Assembly (NCBI GenBank): GCA_037133055.1
Contig: JBAXOY010000003.1
Location: 1-57,391 of the forward strand
Reading direction: 5' to 3'
DNA: 57,391 nucleotides
From: Chlamydiota bacterium
GTDB taxonomy: Bacteria; Auribacterota; Tritonobacteria; UBA1439
Shown here: positions 8,207 through 17,099 of the stretch, one piece after another
How positions within the stretch are numbered: the stretch's first letter is position 1
Layout: the number at the start of each line of letters is the position of its first letter
Notes under the pieces: generated by a model
What the model was told of the DNA's origin: nothing
The model's input: the letters and a program-made list of their open reading frames with translations, nothing else
The model's database searches: none
Translations under genes and position numbers: made by a program

Positions 8207-9598
8207 ATGGCCGACCGGAAGAGCATTCTCGTGTGGAGCATCTTTCTTCCCGCGATCTGCGCCGCCGCGCTCGCCGTCCGGCTCCACCCCGTTCTCGCGC
8301 ACCCCGAGTCGGAGCGATACGGTTTCGGCCCGTTCGGGGACACGTTCATCTACTGCGAGCTTGCGGTCAACCTCTGCGCGGGAAAGGGTTTTGTGGTGGG
8401 CGGCGAGGGGGCGGCGCTCACCCGCGGCCCCCTCCCGTACAGGCCGGCGTTCGAACGCGGTCCGGGATACCCGCTCTTCATCAGCGCGGTGTTCCGACTC
8501 ACCGGTTCCCTCCCCGACACGAGGTCCCTCCGGACGGTCCACCTGGCGCTCGATCGGGTTCGCTTCGCGCAGTGCATCCTCGACACCCTGTGCCTCGTGT
8601 TGGTCTTCTGCGTTGTCCGGGTGCTGCGGCCGGGAGCGCGGTGGGCTCCGGTGTGCGCCGCGGCGCTGTACGCCGTGTCGTGGTACACCATCTTTTACAC
8701 GCGGGCGATCCTTGCCGAAACGCTTGCCGCATTCCTGCTCACCCTCTTCCTCCTCATCGCCATGCGCGGGATACGGGACGGCCTCGCGCGACGCCTGGTG
8801 CAGGCGGGGATGGTCATCGGGTTCCTCAACCTCTGCCGTCCCGGATATGTGGTGTTCCTGCCCTGCTTCGCCCTTTTTCTGCTCCTGGCGTTCAGGTCGG
8901 TCCCGAGGAAGGCCTGCGGGCTCGCGCTCGCATTCCTCGCGGGGGCGCTCGGCGTCATCACGCCGTGGACGGTCAGGAATTATATGGCATTCGGGAAGCC
9001 GGTCCTGATTGCGGCCGGGGTCCCGGGCGTCATGCTCTACTGGGGGATGATCGATTCGGGGAGCAACTGGCGTGGCTGGGGAGCGTTCCCGGATGTGGCC
9101 TTCGTGGACGACGAGGAGAAGAGGATCGCGCCTCCGCTCTTTGCCGCTCACCCGTGGATACTCAGGGATGGCAGTCTCGACGATGTCGACCGGGTTCACC
9201 GCGAATTTCTCCGGCTTGCATGGAAGAGATTCCGCGCGCGACCGGGCGAGGTGATGCGGAACTGGGCCCGGAAGATGCCGCGGCTCTGGTTCCAGAACTA
9301 TGTGCCGATCTATCGTGACCCGGAGGCGAGCGGTCTTTACTTCCTGTGCTATTTCGCTTTTGCGATCGTCGCGTGGTGCGCCTGCCCGCGCGCCCGGCTG
9401 CTGATGTCTCCCGTGGCCCTCCTTTTCGCATACCTGACGATCATCTGCGCCCCCATTGTCGTGGAGCCCCGCTTCGGCGTGCCGCTCATGCCGGGGATCA
9501 TCGCCATGGCGGGAGTGGGGATCTGCGACACGGCGGGGTGGCTCGCGCGTCTCCGCGCCCGGATGGCGAAGTCATCCACGGGCGGGAGGGAGCCATAA
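8207..9598 (+). CDS. GT-C fold glycosyltransferase, ArnT/PMT-like
   Basis: 463 aa with at least 10 TM segments. The first loop, YGFGPFGDTFIYCELAVNLCAGKGF, resembles PMT_2/ArnT-type lipid-linked sugar transferases. ATG 8207 was chosen. Confidence 0.65.
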   Translation: MADRKSILVWSIFLPAICAAALAVRLHPVLAHPESERYGFGPFGDTFIYCELAVNLCAGKGFVVGGEGAALTRGPLPYRPAFERGPGYPLFISAVFRLTGSLPDTRSLRTVHLALDRVRFAQCILDTLCLVLVFCVVRVLRPGARWAPVCAAALYAVSWYTIFYTRAILAETLAAFLLTLFLLIAMRGIRDGLARRLVQAGMVIGFLNLCRPGYVVFLPCFALFLLLAFRSVPRKACGLALAFLAGALGVITPWTVRNYMAFGKPVLIAAGVPGVMLYWGMIDSGSNWRGWGAFPDVAFVDDEEKRIAPPLFAAHPWILRDGSLDDVDRVHREFLRLAWKRFRARPGEVMRNWARKMPRLWFQNYVPIYRDPEASGLYFLCYFAFAIVAWCACPRARLLMSPVALLFAYLTIICAPIVVEPRFGVPLMPGIIAMAGVGICDTAGWLARLRARMAKSSTGGREP

Positions 9599-9654
9599 TG
9601 CCCCCCCTGCGGATTTGGAAGGGGGCGCGCCGCACAGGGTGAGCGCCGCGGGCG

Positions 9655-11061
9655 TCAGCGGGGGGTGAGGGTGCGCACCGGTCCGAACCGCTCGAGTGAC
9701 GCGGGAAGCTCCTTCCCATCGCCGAGGACGACAATCGTCGCGGCGTCCGGATGTAGGTGCTTCCGGGCTGCCTGGAGCACGTCCTCGCGGGTCACGGCCG
9801 CGACCTTCGCCAGGTAGGTCTTCAGGTAGTCGAGAGGGAGTCCCATGAACTCTATGCCGATCATCTGCTCCACCACCTGCGACGGGCTCGTGAAGTTGAA
9901 CACGAAGCTGTTCGCGTACGAATCCCGCGCGCGCGCGATCTCCTCCTCCGTCACCGGCCCCGCCCGGATGCGCTCCATCTCCTCGAGCATGATGCCGAGC
10001 GCCTCGACCGCGGTCGCCTCCTTCGTCTGGCACGAGGCGCAGAACATCCCCGCCTGCATATCCGCGGTAAACCGCGTGCCCGCGCTGTAGGCAAGCCCCT
10101 CGGCCGACCGGATGCGCTCGAGCATCCTCGACGAGAAGACGCCCCCCCCGAGTATTTCGTTCATGATCATGACCGGGATGTAATCGGGGTCGTCGCGCCT
10201 GATCCCCACGTGGCCGGCCGCGAGGTGCGCCTGCTCGGTGCGCTTCCGGATGAGGAGCACCGCGCGCCCCCCCTTCTCCTCCACGGGCGGCGGGGGCGGG
10301 GGCGCGGGTGATTTCTTCGCCCCGAGGGCGGCGTTCAGGGTTTTTACGAGCGCGTCCCGGTCGAAATCCCCCGCGGTGCCGAAGATCATCCCGGAGGGGT
10401 TGAACTGCGCGCGGTGGAACGCGACGAGGTCCCCGCGCCCGATCGCGTTCATCGACCCCGGCTCGCCGACGACCGGGTGCGCATAGGGGTGCGGCCCGTA
10501 CACGAACCGGCGGAACTCGCGGGAGACGACCTGGCCCGGCTCATCGTTCCAGCGCCGGATCGCCTCGCGCACCTGCTCCTTCCTGAGGTCGATCTTCTCG
10601 GGCGAGAACGCCGGGCGGAGGAGCATATCGAGCGCGATGCCGAGGGCGCCCGCGGTGTCGCGGGAGAGGCAGGAGAGCGAGAGTGCCGCGCCGTCCTGGT
10701 CGGCGCTCACCGAAATGTCCGCCCCCATGAACTCGATCCGGCGGTCCAGCTCATCGGCGCCCATGCCGCCGGTCCCGCCGGTGCGCATCAGCTCGGCGGT
10801 GAGCGCGGCGAGCCCCTCCTTTCCCTTCGGGTCGTACGCCGAACCCGCCCGGGCCATCCCGTGGAAGCTGAAGAGGGGGAGGCGAGGGTCCCGGAGGAGG
10901 TAGAGCGGCGCCCCGCAGTCGAGGACGACCCGCTCCGCCTCCGGCGGGGTGAAGCGGAGCGGGGGAAAGGCGAGCCGCGACGGGTGGACGGCGCACCGCA
11001 CCGCGCCGCAGCCCCCGGCGAGAAGGGCCGGGGCGAAGAGCAGCGCGCACGCGGCGCGCAT
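9655..11061 (-). CDS. M16-family peptidase, non-catalytic subunit type
   Basis: 468 aa from MRAACALLFAPALLAGGCG (signal peptide). Insulinase-like fold motifs are present but no HxxEH. The start overlaps the upstream M16 stop by 1 nt (TGATG). Confidence 0.85.
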   Translation of the reverse strand: MRAACALLFAPALLAGGCGAVRCAVHPSRLAFPPLRFTPPEAERVVLDCGAPLYLLRDPRLPLFSFHGMARAGSAYDPKGKEGLAALTAELMRTGGTGGMGADELDRRIEFMGADISVSADQDGAALSLSCLSRDTAGALGIALDMLLRPAFSPEKIDLRKEQVREAIRRWNDEPGQVVSREFRRFVYGPHPYAHPVVGEPGSMNAIGRGDLVAFHRAQFNPSGMIFGTAGDFDRDALVKTLNAALGAKKSPAPPPPPPVEEKGGRAVLLIRKRTEQAHLAAGHVGIRRDDPDYIPVMIMNEILGGGVFSSRMLERIRSAEGLAYSAGTRFTADMQAGMFCASCQTKEATAVEALGIMLEEMERIRAGPVTEEEIARARDSYANSFVFNFTSPSQVVEQMIGIEFMGLPLDYLKTYLAKVAAVTREDVLQAARKHLHPDAATIVVLGDGKELPASLERFGPVRTLTPR

Positions 11062-12548
11062 CAGCGGATGACGACGGTGGTGCACGTGTCCTCCGTGAGG
11101 TAGTCGTGCGCCACGCGGCTGAGATCGAGCGGCGTGACGGCCTTCACCCTCGGGATATAGCGGTTCACGTAGTCCCACCGGTCGATCGCCGCGTAGGTTC
11201 CGACGACGGAGGCGAGCTCCGACGCGGACTCGAGCCCGCGGACGAAGTCGGCCTCGATCTGGTTCCGCGCCTTCGCGAGCTCCCAGTCGCTCACCGGATC
11301 CTTCATGAGCGTGTCGAGCTCCTCGCGGAGGGCCCGGGCGACGTCGTCCACCGTGTGGGGGCGCCGGGGGATCGCGTGGATGACGAACAGGAACGGGTAT
11401 TTCGCGGGCGCGCACGAGGCGGAGACGGATACCGCCACCCTCTTTTCCTGGACGAGGCGCCGGTAGAGGCGCGAGGTGCGGCCGCTCGAGAGGATGTTCT
11501 CGAGGACGTTCAGGGCGATGTCGTCGTCGGACTCCACCGCGGGCTTGTGGAAGGCGAGCGCGATCCGGGGGGAGGCGTCGAGCGCGAGGCGCGCCTCCCG
11601 CGGCCCGCGCTGCGGCGGCTCACGGGTGACGACGCGCGGCGGGGGCGGCTGGGCGGGGATCGGGCCGAAGTAACGCTCCGTAAGGGCGATCACCTGCCGG
11701 GGCGCGATATCGCCCGCGATGACGACGATCGCGTTATTGGGGGCGTAGTAGCGGCGATACCAGGCGTCGACCATCGGGAGGGTGAGGTGCTCGATGTCGG
11801 ACTTCCATCCGATGACCGGCCACCGGTACGGGTGGGCGATGAGGGAGGTCGCGAAGAGCTGCTCCCAGAAGGCCCCCTCGGGGCTGTCGTCCACGGTGAG
11901 GCGGCGCTCCTCGAGGATCACCTCCCTCTCCCGGTAGAACTCGCGGAAAACCGCGTTGCGCATCCGGTCTGATTCGAGCGCCATCCAGAGCTCGATCCGG
12001 TTCGCGGGCAGGCTGCAGAAATACTGCGTCCGGTCCCTGCCGGTGCCGGCGTTCAAATCCTCGGCCCCGGACGACATATAGAGCTTCCAGAGCTCGTTCC
12101 TCACGACGAGCCCGTCCGCCCGGCGCTCCGCGTCGGCCAGCTCCCTGCGGATCCGGGGCATCTCGCCCGCGTCCCCGTTCCCGCCCTCGGGCTCCCCGAG
12201 CCTCTCGTGGAGCGCCTCGATCCGATCGAGGAGCGGCTTCTCGGCCTTCCAGTCGCGCGTCCCGACCGTCCGCGTCCCCTTGAACATCATATGCTCGAGG
12301 AGGTGGGAGATGCCGGTGCAGCCGGGCGCCTCGTTCGCCGAGCCCACGCGGTAAAAGACGGAGCAGGAGACGACGGGGGCCTGGCGGTGCTCGATCATGA
12401 GGAGGGTGAGGCCGTTCGCGAGGCGGTGTTCGGCGACGTCCACGCGGAGGGGAGTCTCGGTCCCCGCGAGGAGCGGGGCGGGGAGCAGGGCGAGCGCGAG
12501 CGCTCCCGGGATGAGAACACAGCGAAATGTACGCGCGCGCGCCATCAT
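11061..12548 (-). CDS. M16-family zinc peptidase (HxxEH)
   Basis: 495 aa from MMARARTFRCVLIPGALALALL. GISHLLEHMMFKGT contains the inverted zinc motif HLLEH, and ...EREVILEE follows downstream. Confidence 0.88.
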   Translation of the reverse strand: MMARARTFRCVLIPGALALALLPAPLLAGTETPLRVDVAEHRLANGLTLLMIEHRQAPVVSCSVFYRVGSANEAPGCTGISHLLEHMMFKGTRTVGTRDWKAEKPLLDRIEALHERLGEPEGGNGDAGEMPRIRRELADAERRADGLVVRNELWKLYMSSGAEDLNAGTGRDRTQYFCSLPANRIELWMALESDRMRNAVFREFYREREVILEERRLTVDDSPEGAFWEQLFATSLIAHPYRWPVIGWKSDIEHLTLPMVDAWYRRYYAPNNAIVVIAGDIAPRQVIALTERYFGPIPAQPPPPRVVTREPPQRGPREARLALDASPRIALAFHKPAVESDDDIALNVLENILSSGRTSRLYRRLVQEKRVAVSVSASCAPAKYPFLFVIHAIPRRPHTVDDVARALREELDTLMKDPVSDWELAKARNQIEADFVRGLESASELASVVGTYAAIDRWDYVNRYIPRVKAVTPLDLSRVAHDYLTEDTCTTVVIR

Positions 12549-12571
12549 GCCCCCCTGCGGCGCGGGGCCGG

Positions 12572-13600
12572 TCAGCCGTCTCCGGCCAGCTTCTCCACGT
12601 CCCAGTTGTTCGCCACGATCAGGGCGCGGGTTGTGCGGCCGCCCCTTTCGACTTCCACGAGCTCGCCCGCGGCCCGCACGCGCTGGCCGGCCTGGAACTC
12701 CCCGCGCACGTAGCTGTCGGAGAGGATGAGGGTGAACTTCTCCTCCCGCGCCCCGTCGACCTCGGCCGCGTCGAGGGGGAAGACGAGCGGCATGTAGATC
12801 GAGTGCCGGATGTCGGTGATGCGGGCCTCGATGCGGGACTCCTTCCGGATGCTCCGGATGCGGCAGTCCCCGAGCGGGATCTCCCTCTCCAGGGCGTAGA
12901 TAAAGAAGGGGCACACGAGGATGCCGCCGTGGTACAGCCGGAGGGGCCAGAACTTCCCGAACTCGTGCACATGCCGGGAGGGATCCTCCCGGACGAGGGC
13001 GAGGATGCGTCGCATGAGGGAGTAGTTCTCCTCCACGGTGCCGTAGATGACGAGGTCCGTGTCGTCGTCGTGCTCCTCGAGGCGCCCGTACTGGAGGGAG
13101 CCGGTGAGGCCCATCCTTTCGACCGGAACTTCCAGGAGTTCGCTCGCCGCCCTGACGCCCCTGTCGATCTTCGGGTAGAGCTCCATGCAGAGCCGGAGGG
13201 ATTTCCTCGCGTCGAAGAATCCGACGAAGTCGGCCAGCGGCATCAGGAGGTTGTTCTTGATGATCGGGGCGACGCGGGCGCTCCGGGCGAGCTCGGGAAA
13301 GAGGGTATAGTGCATCTCGATCTGCTGCGGGTTGGTGAACGAGTGCATCTTTCCGTCCCGGTACGTCTTGTGCAGGCATTCGTAGCCGCGCCCGAAGATA
13401 TCCGCCCAGCCTCCCTTTTTCTGGTAGTAGAGTATCTTCGCGGAGATCATGCCCGGGGGGTGGTAGTATCCCTGGGCGAAGGCGAGGCTCCCGTCCATTT
13501 TCAGGAAGTAGGTGCAGTCCGTGACTGTGCCCCCGAGCTCCGCGAGGGGGACGAGAAACATCTCCATCATCTCATCGAACCGGTCTTTCACAGGGGGCAA
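12572..13600 (-). CDS. Pol-beta-superfamily nucleotidyltransferase-like protein with C-terminal beta-barrel (function unknown)
   Basis: 342 aa, TTG start. MGLTGSLQYGRLEEHDDDTDLVIYG fits hG[GS]x9-13Dh[DE]h. The C-terminal ~90 aa (IEARITDIRHS...RVRAAGELVEVERGGRTTRALIV) looks OB-like. Confidence 0.55.
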   Translation of the reverse strand: MPPVKDRFDEMMEMFLVPLAELGGTVTDCTYFLKMDGSLAFAQGYYHPPGMISAKILYYQKKGGWADIFGRGYECLHKTYRDGKMHSFTNPQQIEMHYTLFPELARSARVAPIIKNNLLMPLADFVGFFDARKSLRLCMELYPKIDRGVRAASELLEVPVERMGLTGSLQYGRLEEHDDDTDLVIYGTVEENYSLMRRILALVREDPSRHVHEFGKFWPLRLYHGGILVCPFFIYALEREIPLGDCRIRSIRKESRIEARITDIRHSIYMPLVFPLDAAEVDGAREEKFTLILSDSYVRGEFQAGQRVRAAGELVEVERGGRTTRALIVANNWDVEKLAGDG

Positions 13601-13673
13601 GTATACTATAAGGGGAAAAAGATTTCACCACCACCCGGCCTCCGCGGCATTTCCAGGGGGCGGCATTTCGCGG

Positions 13674-13702
13674 TTGCGTCCCGGTCGGCGACGCGTTAGA
13701 AT
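13674..13702 (+). promoter_or_regulatory. sigma70-like promoter candidate TTGCGT-N17-TAGAAT
   Basis: -35 at 13674-13679, -10 at 13697-13702, 43 nt upstream of the ATG at 13745. Confidence 0.4.
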
Positions 13703-13744
13703 GAGGTGGTACGCGCGAAGTGGACTATCGCCGTGAGAGGAGGC

Positions 13745-14419
13745 ATGATGCACGCGAAACTGTGTGCCGTCTGTTGCGCGGCGGTCGTCGCTGCCGCGAC
13801 CGCGCCGCCCGCGATCGAATCCGCTGCTCCCGCGCCGCGCTACAAGGCCGTCGAATACCCGCGCCTGAAGGGGATCCCGTGCCTGAGCGACGCGCTGCTC
13901 GCCATGCACCTCACCCTCTACCAGGGCTACGTGAAAAACGCGAACCTGCTCTCGGAGAAACTGGCGGCGCTCCTCGCGTCGGGTGGCGAGCGCAGCCCCG
14001 AATACGCCGAAATGAAGCGGAGATTCGGGTGGGAGTACGACGGGATGCGCCTTCACGAGCTCTACTTCGAGAATCTCGGCGGCGGGGAGCCGCTCGACCC
14101 TGAAGGGCCGCTCGCGCGCCGGATCGCGGCCGACTACGGGAGCGTCGACGCGTGGAGGAGGGACTTCATCGCCACCGGCCTCACGCGGGGGATCGGATGG
14201 GCGGCGCTCGTGGACGACCCGAAGGGCGGAAGGCTGGTCAACATCTGGATCAACGAGCACGACACGGGGCATCTCGCGGGGGGCCGCGTGATCCTCATCA
14301 TGGACGTCTTCGAACACGCCTACCTCACCGATTTCAAGCTCGACCGCGCGAAGTACATCGACGCCTTCCTCGGCGCCGCGGACTGGAAGGCGGCGCAGAA
14401 AAGGATCGAGGCGCGCTGA
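13745..14419 (+). CDS. Fe/Mn superoxide-dismutase-family protein, secreted
   Basis: MMHAKLCAVCCAAVVAAATA is a signal peptide. LHELYFENL and DVFEHAYL correspond to the SOD H81 and D167/H171 motifs. The N-terminal HHxKHH motif is degenerate (AMHLTLYQGYV). Confidence 0.75.
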   Translation: MMHAKLCAVCCAAVVAAATAPPAIESAAPAPRYKAVEYPRLKGIPCLSDALLAMHLTLYQGYVKNANLLSEKLAALLASGGERSPEYAEMKRRFGWEYDGMRLHELYFENLGGGEPLDPEGPLARRIAADYGSVDAWRRDFIATGLTRGIGWAALVDDPKGGRLVNIWINEHDTGHLAGGRVILIMDVFEHAYLTDFKLDRAKYIDAFLGAADWKAAQKRIEAR

Positions 14420-14510
14420 CAAGGGGTCCTCGACGCGAGCGTGAAGGTCGCGTCGGAGTAGCCGGGCCCGTTGCCCGGCGGGACACAGGAGGTGAACGGA
14501 GGATGCGCGC

Positions 14511-16070
14511 ATGATCCGTCCCGGTCCGTGTTCCCTCAGCAGGAAGCCGTTCGCCGCTCCCCGCGGACACGGCCCTTCATCGGCGTCCGAACAGGCGCCC
14601 GGGGTCTTCTGGCGCCGCCGCTTCCCCGCGCACGGCCCGCCCCGTGCCCGTCGCGCCCCGGCAACCCCCGCAGGCCTCTCCCCCGCAGGGGACCCCTCGA
14701 CGAAACACGCGCAGCGTTTTCTTTCCCTCCACGCCCGCCGGCTCGGCATCGCCGATCCCGCCCAGCTCGTCTTCGCCCGTCTCTGGAGGAGCCGCAGCGG
14801 CGCCCACGTGCGGTTCCAGCAGGTCTGTCGGGCGCTCCCCGTCATCGGCGCGCTCCTGGATGTCCATCTCGCGCCGGGGGGCTGGGTGTCCGTCGTGACG
14901 GGGGCGTTTCACCGGGGGTTGAAGATGCCCGCGCCTACTGCCCGGGGGCCGCGCATCGGGAAGGGCGAGGCGGTGAGGATCGCGCGCGAGGACCTCGGGC
15001 GCGGCTCCCGGCTGCGGGCGCAGGAGAAGTGCGGGGAGCTTGTCTGCGTCGATCGGGGACGCCCGCGCCCGGTGTACAAGGTGGTGCTCCCCGCGTCGCG
15101 GCCCCTCGGGAACTGGGTGTACCTCGTCGACACCTCGTCGGGCGCGATCGTCCGGAGCAGCAACACGATGCGGTTCGCCCGCGGGGCCGTGTACCCGAGG
15201 AGCCCCGTGGAGGACGCCTCGACGCGCATCGTCGCGCTCGAACGCCTGCGCGACCCGTTCGCCCTGAAGGGCGGACACGTCGTCGTCGCGAACGACGACC
15301 GGCCCGAAGCGCGCGCGGAGACGGGGGAGTTCATCTACCCGCCGGCCGACACGCACTTCGACGAGGTCATGGCATACTACCATCTGGACCGGGCGGCGGA
15401 GTTCTTCTGCGGCCTCGACCCGGAGATCGAAACCGCCATGGCGGCCCGTGGGACGCTGTGCGCCCACGTCCACGCCGGGGAACGGATGGAGAACGCCTGG
15501 TACGACCCGGCCACCCGGGGGATCTACTTCGGCGACGGGGGCGGCCCCGAACGGATGAATGACCTCGCCAAGGAGGCTGCGGTGATCTGCCACGAGTACA
15601 CGCACGCCGTGCTCGACCGGATCAACCCGTACCTGAAAGGCCCCGAGGCCGACGCCCTGCACGAGGGGTACGCGGACTATTTCGGCTGCTCTCTCACCGG
15701 CGACGCGCGAATCGGGGAGTGGGTCGTCGCGGGGCGCGGGGAGCGCTGCCTGCGGGACCTCGAGAACCGCGCCCGCTACCCCCGGGACCTCGCGGGGGAG
15801 CCACACGCCGACGGGGCGATATGGGCGGGGGCGTGCTGGGACCTGCGCAAGGCGCTGTCCCCCGCGGCGGCGGATTGCCTTGTCTACGAGAGCATGCATT
15901 TCCTTCCCGAGTTCGCGCGGTTCCCCGACGCGGCGATGGGGATCGCGCAGGCGGACGCCGCCGTGTTCTCGGGGCGCAACGCCCGGCGGATCGCGGAGGC
16001 GTTCGGCGGGAGGGGGCTCGGCGCCGCACCAGAAGGGAGGCCGCCATGCGTCTCGCGATCTGTTTCATGA
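14511..16070 (+). CDS. thermolysin-like (M4/M36, gluzincin) zinc metallopeptidase
   Basis: HEYTHAV is followed by a Glu exactly 20 residues after the second His (ALHEGYADYF). An FTP/PepSY-like propeptide lies upstream. The N-terminal 60 aa are P/R-rich with no signal peptide, so the start is uncertain. Confidence 0.7.
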   Translation: MIRPGPCSLSRKPFAAPRGHGPSSASEQAPGVFWRRRFPAHGPPRARRAPATPAGLSPAGDPSTKHAQRFLSLHARRLGIADPAQLVFARLWRSRSGAHVRFQQVCRALPVIGALLDVHLAPGGWVSVVTGAFHRGLKMPAPTARGPRIGKGEAVRIAREDLGRGSRLRAQEKCGELVCVDRGRPRPVYKVVLPASRPLGNWVYLVDTSSGAIVRSSNTMRFARGAVYPRSPVEDASTRIVALERLRDPFALKGGHVVVANDDRPEARAETGEFIYPPADTHFDEVMAYYHLDRAAEFFCGLDPEIETAMAARGTLCAHVHAGERMENAWYDPATRGIYFGDGGGPERMNDLAKEAAVICHEYTHAVLDRINPYLKGPEADALHEGYADYFGCSLTGDARIGEWVVAGRGERCLRDLENRARYPRDLAGEPHADGAIWAGACWDLRKALSPAAADCLVYESMHFLPEFARFPDAAMGIAQADAAVFSGRNARRIAEAFGGRGLGAAPEGRPPCVSRSVS

Positions 16071-17050
16071 CCGCGCTCCTCTCCTCCGCGGCGCCCGCGG
16101 AGGACGGGCGCGACCTTGCCGCGCAGCTCCCCGCGGAGATTGTGGACTGCGTCGTGGCGACCCGGCTCGACGCTTCCCGCGCGGAGGAACTGCTCAAGGG
16201 TTTGTTCGAGCGGCTGAGGATGCATCCCCGCTACGCCCTCGCCGTCTTCCCGCTCCCCGGCGACGATCGCGCGCGCCTCGTCTTCATCAGGGGAAAGGAC
16301 GCGGATGTCGCCCTCGTCAGGAAAGCCCTCGCGGCGATGGACGAGGCGGCTTCACTGGGCATCCCGGACGCGGCGCGCACGGGGGTGATGCGCGTCGAGT
16401 CGGGGGCGGCGGGTCCCGCGGAGATGAAGCGGAGGATCGTCGCGGCTGCCGCGCGGGCGGGGCTCCCGCTCGCGGACAGGGATTTCTTCATCTATCCCGA
16501 GGGCGCCGCGGGAAGCCTCTTTTTCATCGGGGCCCCGGGCCTCGCCGCCCGCGTCGCCGAGTTGAGCGGGGGCCTTGCCGCCGCCCCGCCCTCCGCCCCC
16601 TCCGACAGGGCGCGCGCCTGGCTCCTGCAGCTCGCCGCGGAGACCGCGAAATCGTTCGCGGGCCTGCTCTCCACGGCCGCCTCCGCCGCCGCGCTCCTTT
16701 TGCTCCACGCGATCCTGTGCCGCCTTCCGTTCTTGGGGAGGCGCTACCGGCGGTCGTTCCGCCTCTTCTGGGAAAAACTCTTCGCATCGTTCAAGGGGAA
16801 GGACCTCGCGTGGGAGATCATCCGGGCGGCCGCGGAACTCGGCGTCGCGGCGAGCCCGTTCCCCGCGCCCGGAGGGCTGAAGGCGCCGGCGGGAGGGGCG
16901 GTGGATTCCGCGCGGACGCGGGCACTGGATGTGGCCCGGGCATACGCCGCGTGGAGGGGGCTCGATCCGGACGCGACCCCGATCCGGGGCATCCTCGATG
17001 CGGCGGTGGACGCGGAGGCGTCGAGGAGGAGATCGGTGAATGACAAATGA
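16046..17050 (+). CDS. hypothetical secreted/membrane protein
   Basis: 334 aa from MRLAICFMTALLSSAAPA (signal peptide), with a central TM (LLSTAASAAALLLLHAILC). AGAAGGGAGG lies upstream. Overlaps the peptidase gene end by 25 nt. Confidence 0.55.
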   Translation: MRLAICFMTALLSSAAPAEDGRDLAAQLPAEIVDCVVATRLDASRAEELLKGLFERLRMHPRYALAVFPLPGDDRARLVFIRGKDADVALVRKALAAMDEAASLGIPDAARTGVMRVESGAAGPAEMKRRIVAAAARAGLPLADRDFFIYPEGAAGSLFFIGAPGLAARVAELSGGLAAAPPSAPSDRARAWLLQLAAETAKSFAGLLSTAASAAALLLLHAILCRLPFLGRRYRRSFRLFWEKLFASFKGKDLAWEIIRAAAELGVAASPFPAPGGLKAPAGGAVDSARTRALDVARAYAAWRGLDPDATPIRGILDAAVDAEASRRRSVNDK

Positions 17051-17081
17051 CACAATCCAAATGTCATTTGGATTGTGTCAT
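17039..17081. repeat. AATGACA word pair followed by a perfect 17-bp inverted repeat
   Basis: AATGACA at 17039-45 and 17046-52. ATGACACAATCCAAATG (17047-63), a 1-nt spacer, then CATTTGGATTGTGTCAT (17065-81). The TGA stop of 16046..17050 (17048-50) lies inside the word. Confidence 0.9.
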
Positions 17082-17099
17082 CAGCGAAGGAGGGGTGCA

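Noticed and set aside
7826-9199. 457-aa minus-strand ORF; similar long ORFs at 6474..7547(-), 14577..15899(-), 17064..19301(-), 20720..21979(-), 21729..22973(-), 44218..45261(-), 46765..48093(+) and 51055..52062(-)
   Set aside because: All are Arg/Pro/Gly/Asp/His-rich shadows lying opposite to, or out of frame with, genes that carry clear family motifs. None has a plausible SD, a signal peptide or a domain signature.
12572-13600. TiaS-like tRNA agmatidine synthetase, considered because of the OB-like C-terminus and the agmatine genes in the window
   Set aside because: The N-terminus lacks the TiaS-type GIDDTDS kinase-domain signature I recall. The NTase motif points to a different fold, and the agmatine genes are 19 kb away. 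I keep it as an unassigned NTase.
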